From: a virus
Virus record (IMG/VR): IMGVR_UViG_3300023174_000078
Span: 1-64,000 of that record
DNA length: 64,000 bases
Direction: 5' to 3' (one strand)
Shown here: piece by piece, positions 54,535-63,839 of the stretch
Layout: each line of letters opens with the position of its first letter
Position numbering within the stretch: the stretch's first letter is position 1
The notes under the pieces: generated by a model
Told to the model about the DNA's origin: nothing
What the model saw: only the letters and a program-made list of their open reading frames with translations
Databases searched by the model: none
Translations under genes and position numbers: made by a program

Positions 54535-54873
54535 ATGAGCACCATTACAACTGAACTCTTTAATTTTGGCGAAGAACTCGCGCCAAGTATCCAGCCTAAT
54601 AATACGACGTCGTTCCTACTGTCTGATGATGAATGTGCGTTTGTGCATGCGCTCAACCTGCAAAGTTCTTCGCTTAAAACAATGTTAATCAGCATTGTGT
54701 CTGCTGCAGAGGAGCAAATGGAACAACAGACTAAAGTTCTAGGTGCACTCAGAGATCAATTCATAACTGCACTAGCTAAAAAGCATAACATTGTTATTCA
54801 GGAAGATGGAGATTTTGACATCGACCTCCCGAATAAACTTATGCTGTACAAGCCCAAGAAAGAAAAAGAGTAA
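54535..54873 (+). CDS. Hypothetical protein
   Basis: 112-aa ORF. Confidence 0.7.
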   Translation: MSTITTELFNFGEELAPSIQPNNTTSFLLSDDECAFVHALNLQSSSLKTMLISIVSAAEEQMEQQTKVLGALRDQFITALAKKHNIVIQEDGDFDIDLPNKLMLYKPKKEKE

Positions 54874-54963
54874 GCGCTTTTAAAGTATATTGAGAAATGC
54901 TTGTGCCTAGTTAATTAAAGATCGCGGGAGGCGATCTGAATTCTCAAACCTCCCAACCTTTTT

Positions 54964-55227
54964 ATGATCGAGAAAACTAGCAGTAGAATTCAGTGCAAAG
55001 CTTGCGACTGGACTGGATTAATGAAAGACCTGCTTTCTGCAGGCAATCCTTTTAATGTTGAAGAAACCATATTCGGTTGCCCGGAGTGTAATCAATGTAC
55101 AGCGGGATTTGATAATTTATGCTGTCTGCATGACTGCAAAGAATTAGCGGTTTGTGGTTTCCCCACAACCACTAATGGATATTTATTTACTTGTCACGAG
55201 CATTACAGAGGATATAAGGACACTTAG
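54964..55227 (+). CDS. Cys-rich zinc-binding protein
   Basis: CKAC, CPEC, CC...C....C....CHEH. Confidence 0.7.
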   Translation: MIEKTSSRIQCKACDWTGLMKDLLSAGNPFNVEETIFGCPECNQCTAGFDNLCCLHDCKELAVCGFPTTTNGYLFTCHEHYRGYKDT

Positions 55228-55244
55228 ACTATAAAAACACGACT

Positions 55245-56063
55245 ATGATCACAACACAAGAAACAAAGATTGATTGGAGCAAGCCAGTTCAAACCAAAGA
55301 AACACCGCCGCGTAAGGTGCGTATCTTAACGACTGAAGCGCTTGGTTACTATCCCGTTGTCGGTAATATTGAAGGTGATGATACGTATCGCACTTTTACG
55401 ATTGACGGCAGTTACCGTGGCGGAATAATAGATGAATTTGACCTCGAAAACACCCCAACATGGAAACTCCCAGAACCACCACCAAACCAGCAATGGCATC
55501 GAGTGGACGGTTGGATCGAAGAGATGCTTCCGGCTGGGTGTAGGCCGTTGCTTAGAGGCGAGGCTATGGTGGATGGTGATGAGTACGGGGACGCCTACAA
55601 GCTACCCGATGGATCGCCACCACATCGTTGGTCTACCTTCCCAGGCCTACGATCAACTACCACGCATATGCGCACCAAACGCCCTCTTCCGCAGCCCGTT
55701 GATCCCTGGGCTGCTGAAAAAGCTGCTTTTGCGGCTGGGGAGACGATTCAGCATAAGCCAATATTACATCCAGATGTAGCTTGGAAGAATACTTCTGTCC
55801 CCATTTGGGCCGATGATAGCATTTACCGAATCAAACCAAAGCCCATCCGCGTTCCCCTTGGGCCGGAGGATGTTCCACCTGGAACGGTGATTCGGCTTCA
55901 AGAAGGAAACTGGAAAATTATTATTGGAGTTACATCCGAAGGCGTTCACACGCTTGAACATGGACTAATCGAATATGGTTTGCTTAATAATAACACCTGG
56001 CAAATCAAACGCCCCACCGACACAGAGTGGCAACCCTGCTACAAGGAGGTCGAACAGCCATGA
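55245..56063 (+). CDS. Mosaic hypothetical phage protein
   Basis: 272-aa Pro/Trp-rich ORF. Confidence 0.75.
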   Translation: MITTQETKIDWSKPVQTKETPPRKVRILTTEALGYYPVVGNIEGDDTYRTFTIDGSYRGGIIDEFDLENTPTWKLPEPPPNQQWHRVDGWIEEMLPAGCRPLLRGEAMVDGDEYGDAYKLPDGSPPHRWSTFPGLRSTTTHMRTKRPLPQPVDPWAAEKAAFAAGETIQHKPILHPDVAWKNTSVPIWADDSIYRIKPKPIRVPLGPEDVPPGTVIRLQEGNWKIIIGVTSEGVHTLEHGLIEYGLLNNNTWQIKRPTDTEWQPCYKEVEQP

Positions 56064-56293
56064 CAATAGCAGAACTATGTAAACAGTTGGGAGACATTGC
56101 GGCAGAAAATCCGAGAGGTATGGATGCCGAAGTTGTTATTTGGTTACGTTCGCGTAAAGCAATAGAACATTTAGCTATTCTAAATATATCGCACGCCGAA
56201 GTGGGGTACAGGCAGAGTTTGGGTGGTTCGATTGCCTGCATATGTGCATCTCTAGATGTCCCGCAAGAACCGCCAACGACCCCCAAACAATAA
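56060..56293 (+). CDS. Hypothetical protein
   Basis: ATGA overlap, AAGGAGG upstream. Confidence 0.6.
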   Translation: MTIAELCKQLGDIAAENPRGMDAEVVIWLRSRKAIEHLAILNISHAEVGYRQSLGGSIACICASLDVPQEPPTTPKQ

Positions 56294-56296
56294 TAT

Positions 56297-56734
56297 ATGA
56301 GTGGCACACCAAGAACAGATGCGGCAGTTCAGGCTTACTATGATACAGGGCAATCCTTCTCCGTGGTAGAGCCGGAACTAGCTCGGCAACTTGAGCGCGA
56401 GCTCAACGAAGCCAACGCCGACAGGCTGCGGTTGCGGGCCGTCCTTCAATCAATAGACCTATCGCCTTGTGACGGAGGATCGTGTCAGGTTGCGACAGAT
56501 GCTGATGATTATATTCAGGCAGCGCTCGCAACCACATCCGCACCCGCGCCAGTAGTCGCAAAAGCTGATGCGGATGCGTTGGCTGAGGAGCTTTACGAAT
56601 CAATGGCCCTGAATATCAATGTATTTTCAGATGCCGATACGGAGACGTGTAGCTATTACTCTGAGCACAAAAAGGTTATAAAAGACGCAAAAGCAGCACT
56701 TGAAACCTACCACGCCAAATACCCAAAGTCGTGA
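56297..56734 (+). CDS. Hypothetical phage protein
   Basis: TPRTDA...ARQLERELN motif. Confidence 0.7.
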   Translation: MSGTPRTDAAVQAYYDTGQSFSVVEPELARQLERELNEANADRLRLRAVLQSIDLSPCDGGSCQVATDADDYIQAALATTSAPAPVVAKADADALAEELYESMALNINVFSDADTETCSYYSEHKKVIKDAKAALETYHAKYPKS

Positions 56735-57081
56735 CAACTGAAGAACATCTAGCTAAAATTAAGTCCAAATGCCGGGAGATACTGGAGCTATCAAAAGCCC
56801 GTACTCCCGGTGAGTGGAAGATCAATAAGAGTGTCAAGGGTACATTCGTTAGGCGCGCTGATCCATACAAAGTGGGTGAGCCAAATGACGTATGTAGAAT
56901 TTGGAATTGCTCAAGAAGTGAAGGTAACGCAGCATACATAGCTGCATCTGCAGAAGTATTAGAAGCTAGTTGTCGGTCCACTATTGCGGCCATTGAGGGG
57001 CTGCAGTACATGACTCCTGGTATGAGTCAGACAGAGACTATCAAACAAATTATGGCCGCATGGCCCGAGGAATTACTATGA
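56731..57081 (+). CDS. Ead/Ea22-like hypothetical protein
   Basis: KARTPGEW...NAAYIAAS. Confidence 0.55.
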   Translation: MTTEEHLAKIKSKCREILELSKARTPGEWKINKSVKGTFVRRADPYKVGEPNDVCRIWNCSRSEGNAAYIAASAEVLEASCRSTIAAIEGLQYMTPGMSQTETIKQIMAAWPEELL

Positions 57082-57416
57082 AACCAGAACAACAACGAAT
57101 AGCAATCGCGGAAGCGTGTGGGTGGAAGCAATGTCAGTGGAACGGAGCCTACAATACATACAAGGGCGTTCCACCTGTCCGCCCCTCAGTGTTTCAGGAT
57201 ATTCCCGATTACCTCAACGACCTCAACGCCATGCACGAAGCGGAAAAGGTAATAGCCGGAAGTTTCCAGTGGAACAAGTATACGGAAGTCCTTGCGAATA
57301 TTTGCCATTGGAATAAGAAAAGTCACGATACGAGGACGATGGCGAACATTGTTTGTTCGGCCACCGCATCCCAACGCGCCGAAGCATTCCTTAAAACATT
57401 AGGGCTTTGGAAATAA
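57078..57416 (+). CDS. Hypothetical phage protein
   Basis: IAIAEACGW...PDYLNDLNAMHEAEK...ATASQRAEAFL. Confidence 0.75.
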   Translation: MKPEQQRIAIAEACGWKQCQWNGAYNTYKGVPPVRPSVFQDIPDYLNDLNAMHEAEKVIAGSFQWNKYTEVLANICHWNKKSHDTRTMANIVCSATASQRAEAFLKTLGLWK

Positions 57417-57440
57417 TAATTAACATACACAGTATCCCCC

Positions 57441-57815
57441 ATGAACGAAACACTAGAACCCTACGTTAAGAAGATGTTAGACGGCGGACTCAAAACCGCT
57501 GAAGATGTTGCTAAATTTATTGAAGTACAGACGCCCGAGTTGGGTAAAGAGATCATTGTATGGGGTGCCGCTTCCGAAATGGTGGCACCTATCATCAGCT
57601 TAATAGCTATTGGGTTAACGGTGGTTGTGCATTTTAAATACAAGCGTGCTGACTGGTATTGTGACTGGACGGATGAAATGCCGTTTGCCGTTGCTAATGG
57701 TATATTGTTTCTGATATCGAACATGATATTCTGGGTAAATATCATGGACGTTGTATACCCGCTTGTGGCACCTCGCCTGTTTATCCTTGAAAAGGTTAGT
57801 TCATTAATTAAATAA
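57441..57815 (+). CDS. Membrane protein (paralog A)
   Basis: Two TM segments; QTPEL..EII.W...APRLFILE. Confidence 0.7.
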   Translation: MNETLEPYVKKMLDGGLKTAEDVAKFIEVQTPELGKEIIVWGAASEMVAPIISLIAIGLTVVVHFKYKRADWYCDWTDEMPFAVANGILFLISNMIFWVNIMDVVYPLVAPRLFILEKVSSLIK

Positions 57816-57819
57816 GCAC

Positions 57820-58248
57820 ATGGCAAATCAAAATACACCGCCTCCGGCAATGGAATCCATTGATCAATTTGTTAATTGGGCTGTAGAGACAGCGCAAGTA
57901 AAAGGTCCCAAGATTGTGGACTGGCTTTATGCCGAGGTACCAGAAGTTGTTGCGCAATTTCTAGCATGGAGCTTTGCGGAAAGTTTCATATCTTTCATTA
58001 CAAGTGCATTCTTTATTTTCATTTATCCTATTTTGTATTTTTACATAGTTAAAAAAATCTATGTGCGATGTGAAGTAGGTAAGATGCGGGATCAGTCAAA
58101 CTTCTGGGGCGGCTGTGGCTTCCTCGGTATCAGTACCTTTGGTATTTCACAAATAGTAAGCTGGAATTCTATTAATTTGACTTGGTTACAGGTTTGGCTT
58201 GCGCCGAAGGTGTTTCTATTGGAAACGTTTGCGAACGTAGTCAAATAA
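57820..58248 (+). CDS. Membrane protein (paralog B)
   Basis: Two TM segments; EVPEV..QFL.W...APKVFLLE. Confidence 0.7.
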   Translation: MANQNTPPPAMESIDQFVNWAVETAQVKGPKIVDWLYAEVPEVVAQFLAWSFAESFISFITSAFFIFIYPILYFYIVKKIYVRCEVGKMRDQSNFWGGCGFLGISTFGISQIVSWNSINLTWLQVWLAPKVFLLETFANVVK

Positions 58249-58249
58249 C

Positions 58250-58438
58250 ATGAGCATATTTCAGAAACTGATATACAATATATTTCTTAAGGTATTAAAT
58301 CCGTACTTCACCAGACATCCCGGGGCGCTCATACCGATTATGTTCTCGCTGCAGGATCAACTTAAGAAAGCTGGATTTACTGATGAGGAACTGAGCAGAA
58401 TAAGGAAAGCATATGACCGCCGAAAAACATACAGGTAA
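58250..58438 (+). CDS. Small hypothetical protein
   Basis: 62-aa ORF. Confidence 0.55.
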   Translation: MSIFQKLIYNIFLKVLNPYFTRHPGALIPIMFSLQDQLKKAGFTDEELSRIRKAYDRRKTYR

Positions 58439-58736
58439 AGTGACGAAATTTTTTGTTTCTCTCACTGCATTTTTAATTATAACTGCAACAGCGTGTGCTT
58501 TTGTTTTTAGTTTGTATTCCGCTGCATACTTGACTGCTCGGCTCAAAGTAAACATCGACACGGGAAGTAAGGAGGAACGCTTAGTAAGGGCTATTGAACA
58601 ACTACCTGATTGCGCGTTAAAAAGTAATTGTTACGTTGTACTAGCCGCTGAATACGGCAAGGACAGTGATGAGTTGAATGACCTGTTAAACGCATATGCG
58701 GAGATGAAATTACAAGATTTGAAAGCGTCACAATGA
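58413..58736 (+). CDS. Membrane-anchored hypothetical protein
   Basis: N-terminal TM FFVSLTAFLIITATACAFVFSLY. Confidence 0.65.
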   Translation: MTAEKHTGKVTKFFVSLTAFLIITATACAFVFSLYSAAYLTARLKVNIDTGSKEERLVRAIEQLPDCALKSNCYVVLAAEYGKDSDELNDLLNAYAEMKLQDLKASQ

Positions 58737-58742
58737 TGCGGT

Positions 58743-59471
58743 ATGCGTGCTTTAAAGATTGAGTTACGGAATTATTGTGTTGAGATTGCTATACATGATT
58801 TGCCAGTGCCTAAAAAAGCGCAGTATCAAGGTGATATTCATGATGCTATGCACAAACAGATCAAAGGTTGGATGGATCCAAATAGGTCCACGCCATGGTA
58901 TGTGTGTGGTAATGTGGGTTACATACATGGAATATTGTTTGATAGTGATTTAGAGGTTGTTGTACGTAATGAGCGTGACGAAGTAATAGACAGCTTTAAG
59001 GGAGCTGATTGTTTTGAGCAGACATTCACAAAATACATATACTCCGCACAGCCATTTAAGTTACACCGTGGGTACACCACAGGTGGAAGAGTTACAGGAA
59101 TGGAAGTGAGGAAAGAAGGAGTAGCTAATTGCCTCATTAAATTACCCGCATACGCTCCCCCGTATTCCCGGGATAGCTTGCATTTATTATTAACGAAGGT
59201 AAGCAACATAGAGTCAGTTGATGAAAATTCATCTTACTATAAACGTGCCCATGCTTTTGTTGTTGATACGGGTGTGCTATCCTACAAAGGATCCGAATTT
59301 AATAATTACTTGATACCTTACGAAACAGACTTACAGGCGACAGAGCAAAAGCAACAACACCTATTTGCGGGCGCGTGGTTGCATGTAAAACCAAAGACAT
59401 ACACCGAAGCCAACCCAAAAGACTGTGATAGTTTGCGTAAATTGTATATTTCTAAAAAAGAATTTGTGTGA
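58743..59471 (+). CDS. Hypothetical protein
   Basis: 242-aa ORF. Confidence 0.7.
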   Translation: MRALKIELRNYCVEIAIHDLPVPKKAQYQGDIHDAMHKQIKGWMDPNRSTPWYVCGNVGYIHGILFDSDLEVVVRNERDEVIDSFKGADCFEQTFTKYIYSAQPFKLHRGYTTGGRVTGMEVRKEGVANCLIKLPAYAPPYSRDSLHLLLTKVSNIESVDENSSYYKRAHAFVVDTGVLSYKGSEFNNYLIPYETDLQATEQKQQHLFAGAWLHVKPKTYTEANPKDCDSLRKLYISKKEFV

Positions 59472-59495
59472 ATAGCAGCTTCAGCATGCGCCTAA

Positions 59496-59531
59496 ATGTC
59501 CGGGGGCCGATTAATTTCTGCTCCCGGACAT
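59496..59531 (+). terminator. Terminator-like hairpin
   Basis: ATGTCCGGGGGC/GCTCCCGGACAT. Confidence 0.6.
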
Positions 59532-59641
59532 ATAATTTGTTTGCGTGTGTATAATTTGTGTTTACTATGCTTTATTAATGGATAGCTAAAAAAGAGGCAT
59601 AAACACTATTAGCGTATAAATATTTAACAGTAATTATTTTA

Positions 59642-60589
59642 ATGTCCGATTCATCTTTTGTTCAATCTTTACAGCAACTAGTCCGCAAGAATGAAGGAAG
59701 ACCTCATTCGCAGGCTGAAGTACTGCGGGAGCTGGATCAGCGTTACTTGGATACATTTAATTTGAGTGTAGAACCATTGGGGAAGAAAAACCTGATTTAC
59801 TTTACTCTTAATTATAATTTAGAGTATATTGATTTATTTATTTATTGTTTGCGTTCTATTGTTAATAAAGACAGACCTGATTTATTTGATTTATTGATTA
59901 TATGTCCTCCTTTGTTTGAAACAACGATTAATGAATTAATTGAGGCGCGTAACATAGACCTGAAAGGATTTAAATTAATGTTTCATCATGTGGATGAAGC
60001 GGTTGATGGTATCGAGGCTTCTATGAATAAACTGAAGATATACCAATTCAAAGATATAAACGCATACGGAAAGATATTATTCCTTGATGTTGATATTATG
60101 GCTGTAGAACCAGTCAGTAATTTATTCAAACTTGATGTAGACCCGAATAAATTACACGCAGCTATTCATTCTACGACCTTGCATTTACATAATACTAAGT
60201 ACCACAGGCTAGTGGATTATGACGCTGGTAAGATGAATGAATTTAGGGATGCTGGTATATATGCCTTTAATGCTGGGCAGTTTTTATTTAACAATAGTGC
60301 GAGGATGCTGCAGCATATGCGTAATGTGGATTGGTTATCCTCCACATGGCCCGGTGAATATTTCTTCGAACAATCTTATTTAAACCACTATTTTAATTGG
60401 TACGGCATTTCTGATATAGACTTGCTAGATAACTGCGTTAAATTCGAGGCTGTCCATTTAAACAATAAAGTAGGATTTAATTGGCAAATTAAATTGAATT
60501 ACTCTATTATACACTTTGCTGGGCATGCATGTGATGCGGGCAAGAAAATAGAATACATTCGTAACTTTCATCTTGAATTAATTAATTAA
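59642..60589 (+). CDS. Glycosyltransferase family 8 (GT-A)
   Basis: KILFLDVDI (DxD), FNAGQFLF, EQSYLN, IIHFAG. Confidence 0.85.
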   Translation: MSDSSFVQSLQQLVRKNEGRPHSQAEVLRELDQRYLDTFNLSVEPLGKKNLIYFTLNYNLEYIDLFIYCLRSIVNKDRPDLFDLLIICPPLFETTINELIEARNIDLKGFKLMFHHVDEAVDGIEASMNKLKIYQFKDINAYGKILFLDVDIMAVEPVSNLFKLDVDPNKLHAAIHSTTLHLHNTKYHRLVDYDAGKMNEFRDAGIYAFNAGQFLFNNSARMLQHMRNVDWLSSTWPGEYFFEQSYLNHYFNWYGISDIDLLDNCVKFEAVHLNNKVGFNWQIKLNYSIIHFAGHACDAGKKIEYIRNFHLELIN

Positions 60590-60595
60590 TTAATT

Positions 60596-61222
60596 ATGTC
60601 AAACTACATACTATCCCATTGTAACTTTATCCACATTCCTAAATGTGGAGGTTCAGCATTAAATAATACTTTCCATAGGCTAGGTTTAGTTACCGATCCA
60701 GATAAACAGATGTTAAAGGAGCCGCATTACGGACATCTATTCCCATGTCAGATGCCTGAGAGCGAGAATCCGTACTTTGCATTTGTTAGGCATCCTGCTT
60801 CGTGGTGGTTGTCTTATTACCACTTCAACATGAACACAGAACATTCGCGGTTTTCAGCTGCGGAACTCTCCACGACTTCATTTGATGAATGGGTGCGTGA
60901 CTACGGTCCTTTTTGGTTGGGATTTTATTCTAAAATAGTGCAGCGCTATTTGGGCCGCGATCCCAATTTTCCGGCGAGTTCTAAAATAGAGTTAATCGGA
61001 CGCACTGAGTATTTATTCAGTGATTTACGCCGCATCTTTAATGTTATAGGACAACCATACAATTCAAATGTACTGCGTGATTTAATTTCTGGTAAACTTA
61101 AACTAAATGATAAACAGGCAAACAGGCAGGACTATGATCATACAGACATGTCCCAAGCATCCCGGGAAATAATCTTTGAGTGTGAACAACCCGTTTACAG
61201 GATGTTCAGCTATAAAATGTAA
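60596..61222 (+). CDS. PAPS-dependent sulfotransferase-family protein
   Basis: FIHIPKCGGSA (5'-PSB), FAFVRHP..W.LSYY (3'-PB), IGRTE.L..DL. Confidence 0.85.
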   Translation: MSNYILSHCNFIHIPKCGGSALNNTFHRLGLVTDPDKQMLKEPHYGHLFPCQMPESENPYFAFVRHPASWWLSYYHFNMNTEHSRFSAAELSTTSFDEWVRDYGPFWLGFYSKIVQRYLGRDPNFPASSKIELIGRTEYLFSDLRRIFNVIGQPYNSNVLRDLISGKLKLNDKQANRQDYDHTDMSQASREIIFECEQPVYRMFSYKM

Positions 61223-61224
61223 TT

Positions 61225-61953
61225 ATGGAAGCATATGATCCGTTATTAATGGGGAATTGGCATCATGATATTGTCATTAATGCTGCTGTTAGAACGCGCG
61301 ATTTATCGCCAGCATACAATGACAGATCTACAACCAGTAAAGAAGGCTTGGCTAAAGAAATAAAGGACATATACGGAGAAGCATTAAAAGATAAGAATGT
61401 ATTGGATATTGCCTGTAATGCGGGCGGTCATTTGTATGCGTTAAACAGATTTGGTATTAATTCCGGGTTTGGCTTTGATGCGCGGTCCTTATGGATACAG
61501 CAAGCGCATTGGTTAAAAAGGAATATAGATATTCCGTGTGATAACCTGACATTCGTGGAAGGTAGCTTTGATGTACTGCAAGACTTTGAAGACAGACATT
61601 TTCATTTGTCTTTGTTTAACGGGATATTCTATCACTTAGCCGATCCTATAACGCAGCTAGCTAAAGTAGCGGAAAAGACATCTGAGTTGCTTGTTATTAA
61701 TACTGCTTATGCGCCTCAGCACTCTGCAGGTCCTCCTGCGTTAATATTCAAAATGGAGGATGCGTCTATTGAAACAGGTTTAAGTGGTCTGGATGGATTA
61801 TCTTGGCTTCCTAGTGGTGAATATGTTCTTTACCGTATTCTTAAACATATGGGCTTTCCATATGCGCAGCTCATGTTCAAAAGTCCTAAGACCAATCGCC
61901 TAGCTGTTATTGCGGCACGCGAGGAAGGTTTACTAACTATTGCTGATGTATGA
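61225..61953 (+). CDS. Class I SAM-dependent methyltransferase
   Basis: VLDIACNAG, GFD, GIFYHL.DP. Confidence 0.85.
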   Translation: MEAYDPLLMGNWHHDIVINAAVRTRDLSPAYNDRSTTSKEGLAKEIKDIYGEALKDKNVLDIACNAGGHLYALNRFGINSGFGFDARSLWIQQAHWLKRNIDIPCDNLTFVEGSFDVLQDFEDRHFHLSLFNGIFYHLADPITQLAKVAEKTSELLVINTAYAPQHSAGPPALIFKMEDASIETGLSGLDGLSWLPSGEYVLYRILKHMGFPYAQLMFKSPKTNRLAVIAAREEGLLTIADV

Positions 61954-62456
61954 CCCCGCCAGTGCTATGGTTGTATGGTTTATCTGGGAGCGGTAAAACG
62001 ACTGTTTCTCGCTATGCGCAGTATATCATTAACTCGTGGCACGCACCCGTGATTGTATTAGATGCAGATGTATTGAGAAAAGATTACTGGCCTGAGATAG
62101 GATTAACCAAGAGTGCCCGGCTAGAGAATACACGGCGTATCGCTAAATTAGCGAAGACTTATAAAGATCTGAATATTGCTGTATTGGTAGCTGCGTGTGC
62201 GCCGTTCCAGGAACAAAGAGAGGATGTACTTCGTTTATTACCTGACACTAAGTTTGTTTACATGGACACACCATTAGACATATGCCGGGAGCGTAAACCT
62301 TACACATATAAAGATCCGGCGAGATCAGTTACTTCGGTAGAGCACACACCACCCCCTTGGGCAACTATAGACGGTAAACAAGATATCGACTCGATTCTTA
62401 CCGCGACTTCAGTCATCTTAGAGCGATGGCTTCCCTTTCAAATTTCAAGTACCTAG
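61950..62456 (+). CDS. cysC: Adenylyl-sulfate (APS) kinase
   Basis: WLYGLSGSGKTT, LDADVLR, R.EN.RR, VYMDTPLDICRERKP. Confidence 0.85.
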   Translation: MTPPVLWLYGLSGSGKTTVSRYAQYIINSWHAPVIVLDADVLRKDYWPEIGLTKSARLENTRRIAKLAKTYKDLNIAVLVAACAPFQEQREDVLRLLPDTKFVYMDTPLDICRERKPYTYKDPARSVTSVEHTPPPWATIDGKQDIDSILTATSVILERWLPFQISST

Positions 62457-62478
62457 AGGTACGAACAAACAACAAATA

Positions 62479-62721
62479 ATGAACTCACTGGTTAACTCTG
62501 TACCAGCTTTTAATGGTTGCTTTACGCATCAGATAAAAAGATTTGTATCCTACGGCGTGTTTACGCCTGTAATTCTAGCTTCATCCGCTGCTGTAACTGG
62601 CGATGTTTTAGGAGAGCTGTATAGCAAACTGTTTCAGCTCAGCCCTTTTTTCTCTGAATCACAATTGCAACTGAGACATGTTATTAAAACCAAACTGTAT
62701 GACGACACTGAATACGGGTGA
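62479..62721 (+). CDS. Small hypothetical protein (start of tandem family)
   Basis: 80 aa, overlapping chain. Confidence 0.55.
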   Translation: MNSLVNSVPAFNGCFTHQIKRFVSYGVFTPVILASSAAVTGDVLGELYSKLFQLSPFFSESQLQLRHVIKTKLYDDTEYG

Positions 62722-62941
62722 ACGTCGCGAATTTGCTGCGTATCACCTACTGTACAAGCGGTCTGTATTTAATACACAAGACGACGTGATTGACCTGTTT
62801 GATATTTTATCAAACTTCACGGATTGCGTGCATGGTGATGTATGGGATGTGATTTTAGTTAATCTACGAACGCCAATATATCAAGCGGCAGGTAGCCATA
62901 TAGCAAATTATGCGTCCGCAATCCTGAATGAGACAATATGA
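62699..62941 (+). CDS. Small hypothetical protein, tandem family
   Basis: SVF...V...VHGDVWDVI. Confidence 0.6.
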   Translation: MTTLNTGERREFAAYHLLYKRSVFNTQDDVIDLFDILSNFTDCVHGDVWDVILVNLRTPIYQAAGSHIANYASAILNETI

Positions 62942-63150
62942 GAAGAAAAAAAGATTACTTAGGTGATTATGTCGCTGATAGTGTAAACGATATATGTTGG
63001 AGTTGTGTGATACACATTATCACGGATATCATTTTTATGGCGACATCTCGTCCTGTTTACAAGGAAATTTATGGATTTATAGATACACATGTTTCTGATT
63101 CTGTAGGCAATATAGTTCATATAAAAATAAATAATGAATGCGATTTATAA
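62938..63150 (+). CDS. Small hypothetical protein, tandem family
   Basis: VADSVNDICWSCV...VSDSV. Confidence 0.6.
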   Translation: MRRKKDYLGDYVADSVNDICWSCVIHIITDIIFMATSRPVYKEIYGFIDTHVSDSVGNIVHIKINNECDL

Positions 63151-63180
63151 ATCTGTTAACGCTACGTATAGCCGAAAAAC

Positions 63181-63384
63181 ATGAAAACACTTTCTGATAC
63201 TGTCTGGTCTCAAACTTGGTATTGTATTCACATTTCTATATGGACCTCGATAGGCCGCGCGACTAATGCTGATACGGCGGTTTCTACGCACGAATTTGTT
63301 TCGGACGCAATTTTTGAACCTGTAGCTAAAGCTACTGGCACGCGTTACGTCGATTCAACAATATATGAAATTGTTAAATCCTAA
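63181..63384 (+). CDS. Small hypothetical protein, tandem family
   Basis: LSDTVWSQTW..I..SIWTSI. Confidence 0.6.
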   Translation: MKTLSDTVWSQTWYCIHISIWTSIGRATNADTAVSTHEFVSDAIFEPVAKATGTRYVDSTIYEIVKS

Positions 63385-63406
63385 AAAACAAATGAGTACA
63401 CACTAA

Positions 63407-63640
63407 ATGATGAATGATAAAACTCTTTATAACTCTATAACGACGCTAGTGTCTGTTTTTGCGCTCGATGGTTTAGAAGATCATGTTTTTAGCGTTACTC
63501 GCGGCTCCTGCGCAGCTAGGTCTGTGTGGATAACTGTTATGCATCAAGTCTTTGACATTACGCACAGGGCTACAGCCGATCCTAATTATGGTATTACCTC
63601 ACGTCTTGCCAAAGTATTAAATAAAAAAATAAATGAGTAA
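63407..63640 (+). CDS. Small hypothetical protein, tandem family
   Basis: LYNSI...SVWITVMHQVF. Confidence 0.6.
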   Translation: MMNDKTLYNSITTLVSVFALDGLEDHVFSVTRGSCAARSVWITVMHQVFDITHRATADPNYGITSRLAKVLNKKINE

Positions 63641-63839
63641 TATTTACTACTCTATTTGGACATCTATTTGCGATAATGTCTGTGGTGGCGTGGAGCGCAA
63701 TGGGCTTGACACTTTATGGGATACAGCGCGCTATTCCGTAGAGGATACTGTTTGGTTTGCTATCAGCGCCAATATCTTCGGGATTATGCCCGACGCTGTA
63801 GAAAAAACTATTTGTAACCATCTTTATGCTAAAACTTGA
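63633..63839 (+). CDS. Small hypothetical protein, tandem family
   Basis: SIWTSICDNV...TLWD...SVEDTVW. Confidence 0.6.
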   Translation: MSNIYYSIWTSICDNVCGGVERNGLDTLWDTARYSVEDTVWFAISANIFGIMPDAVEKTICNHLYAKT

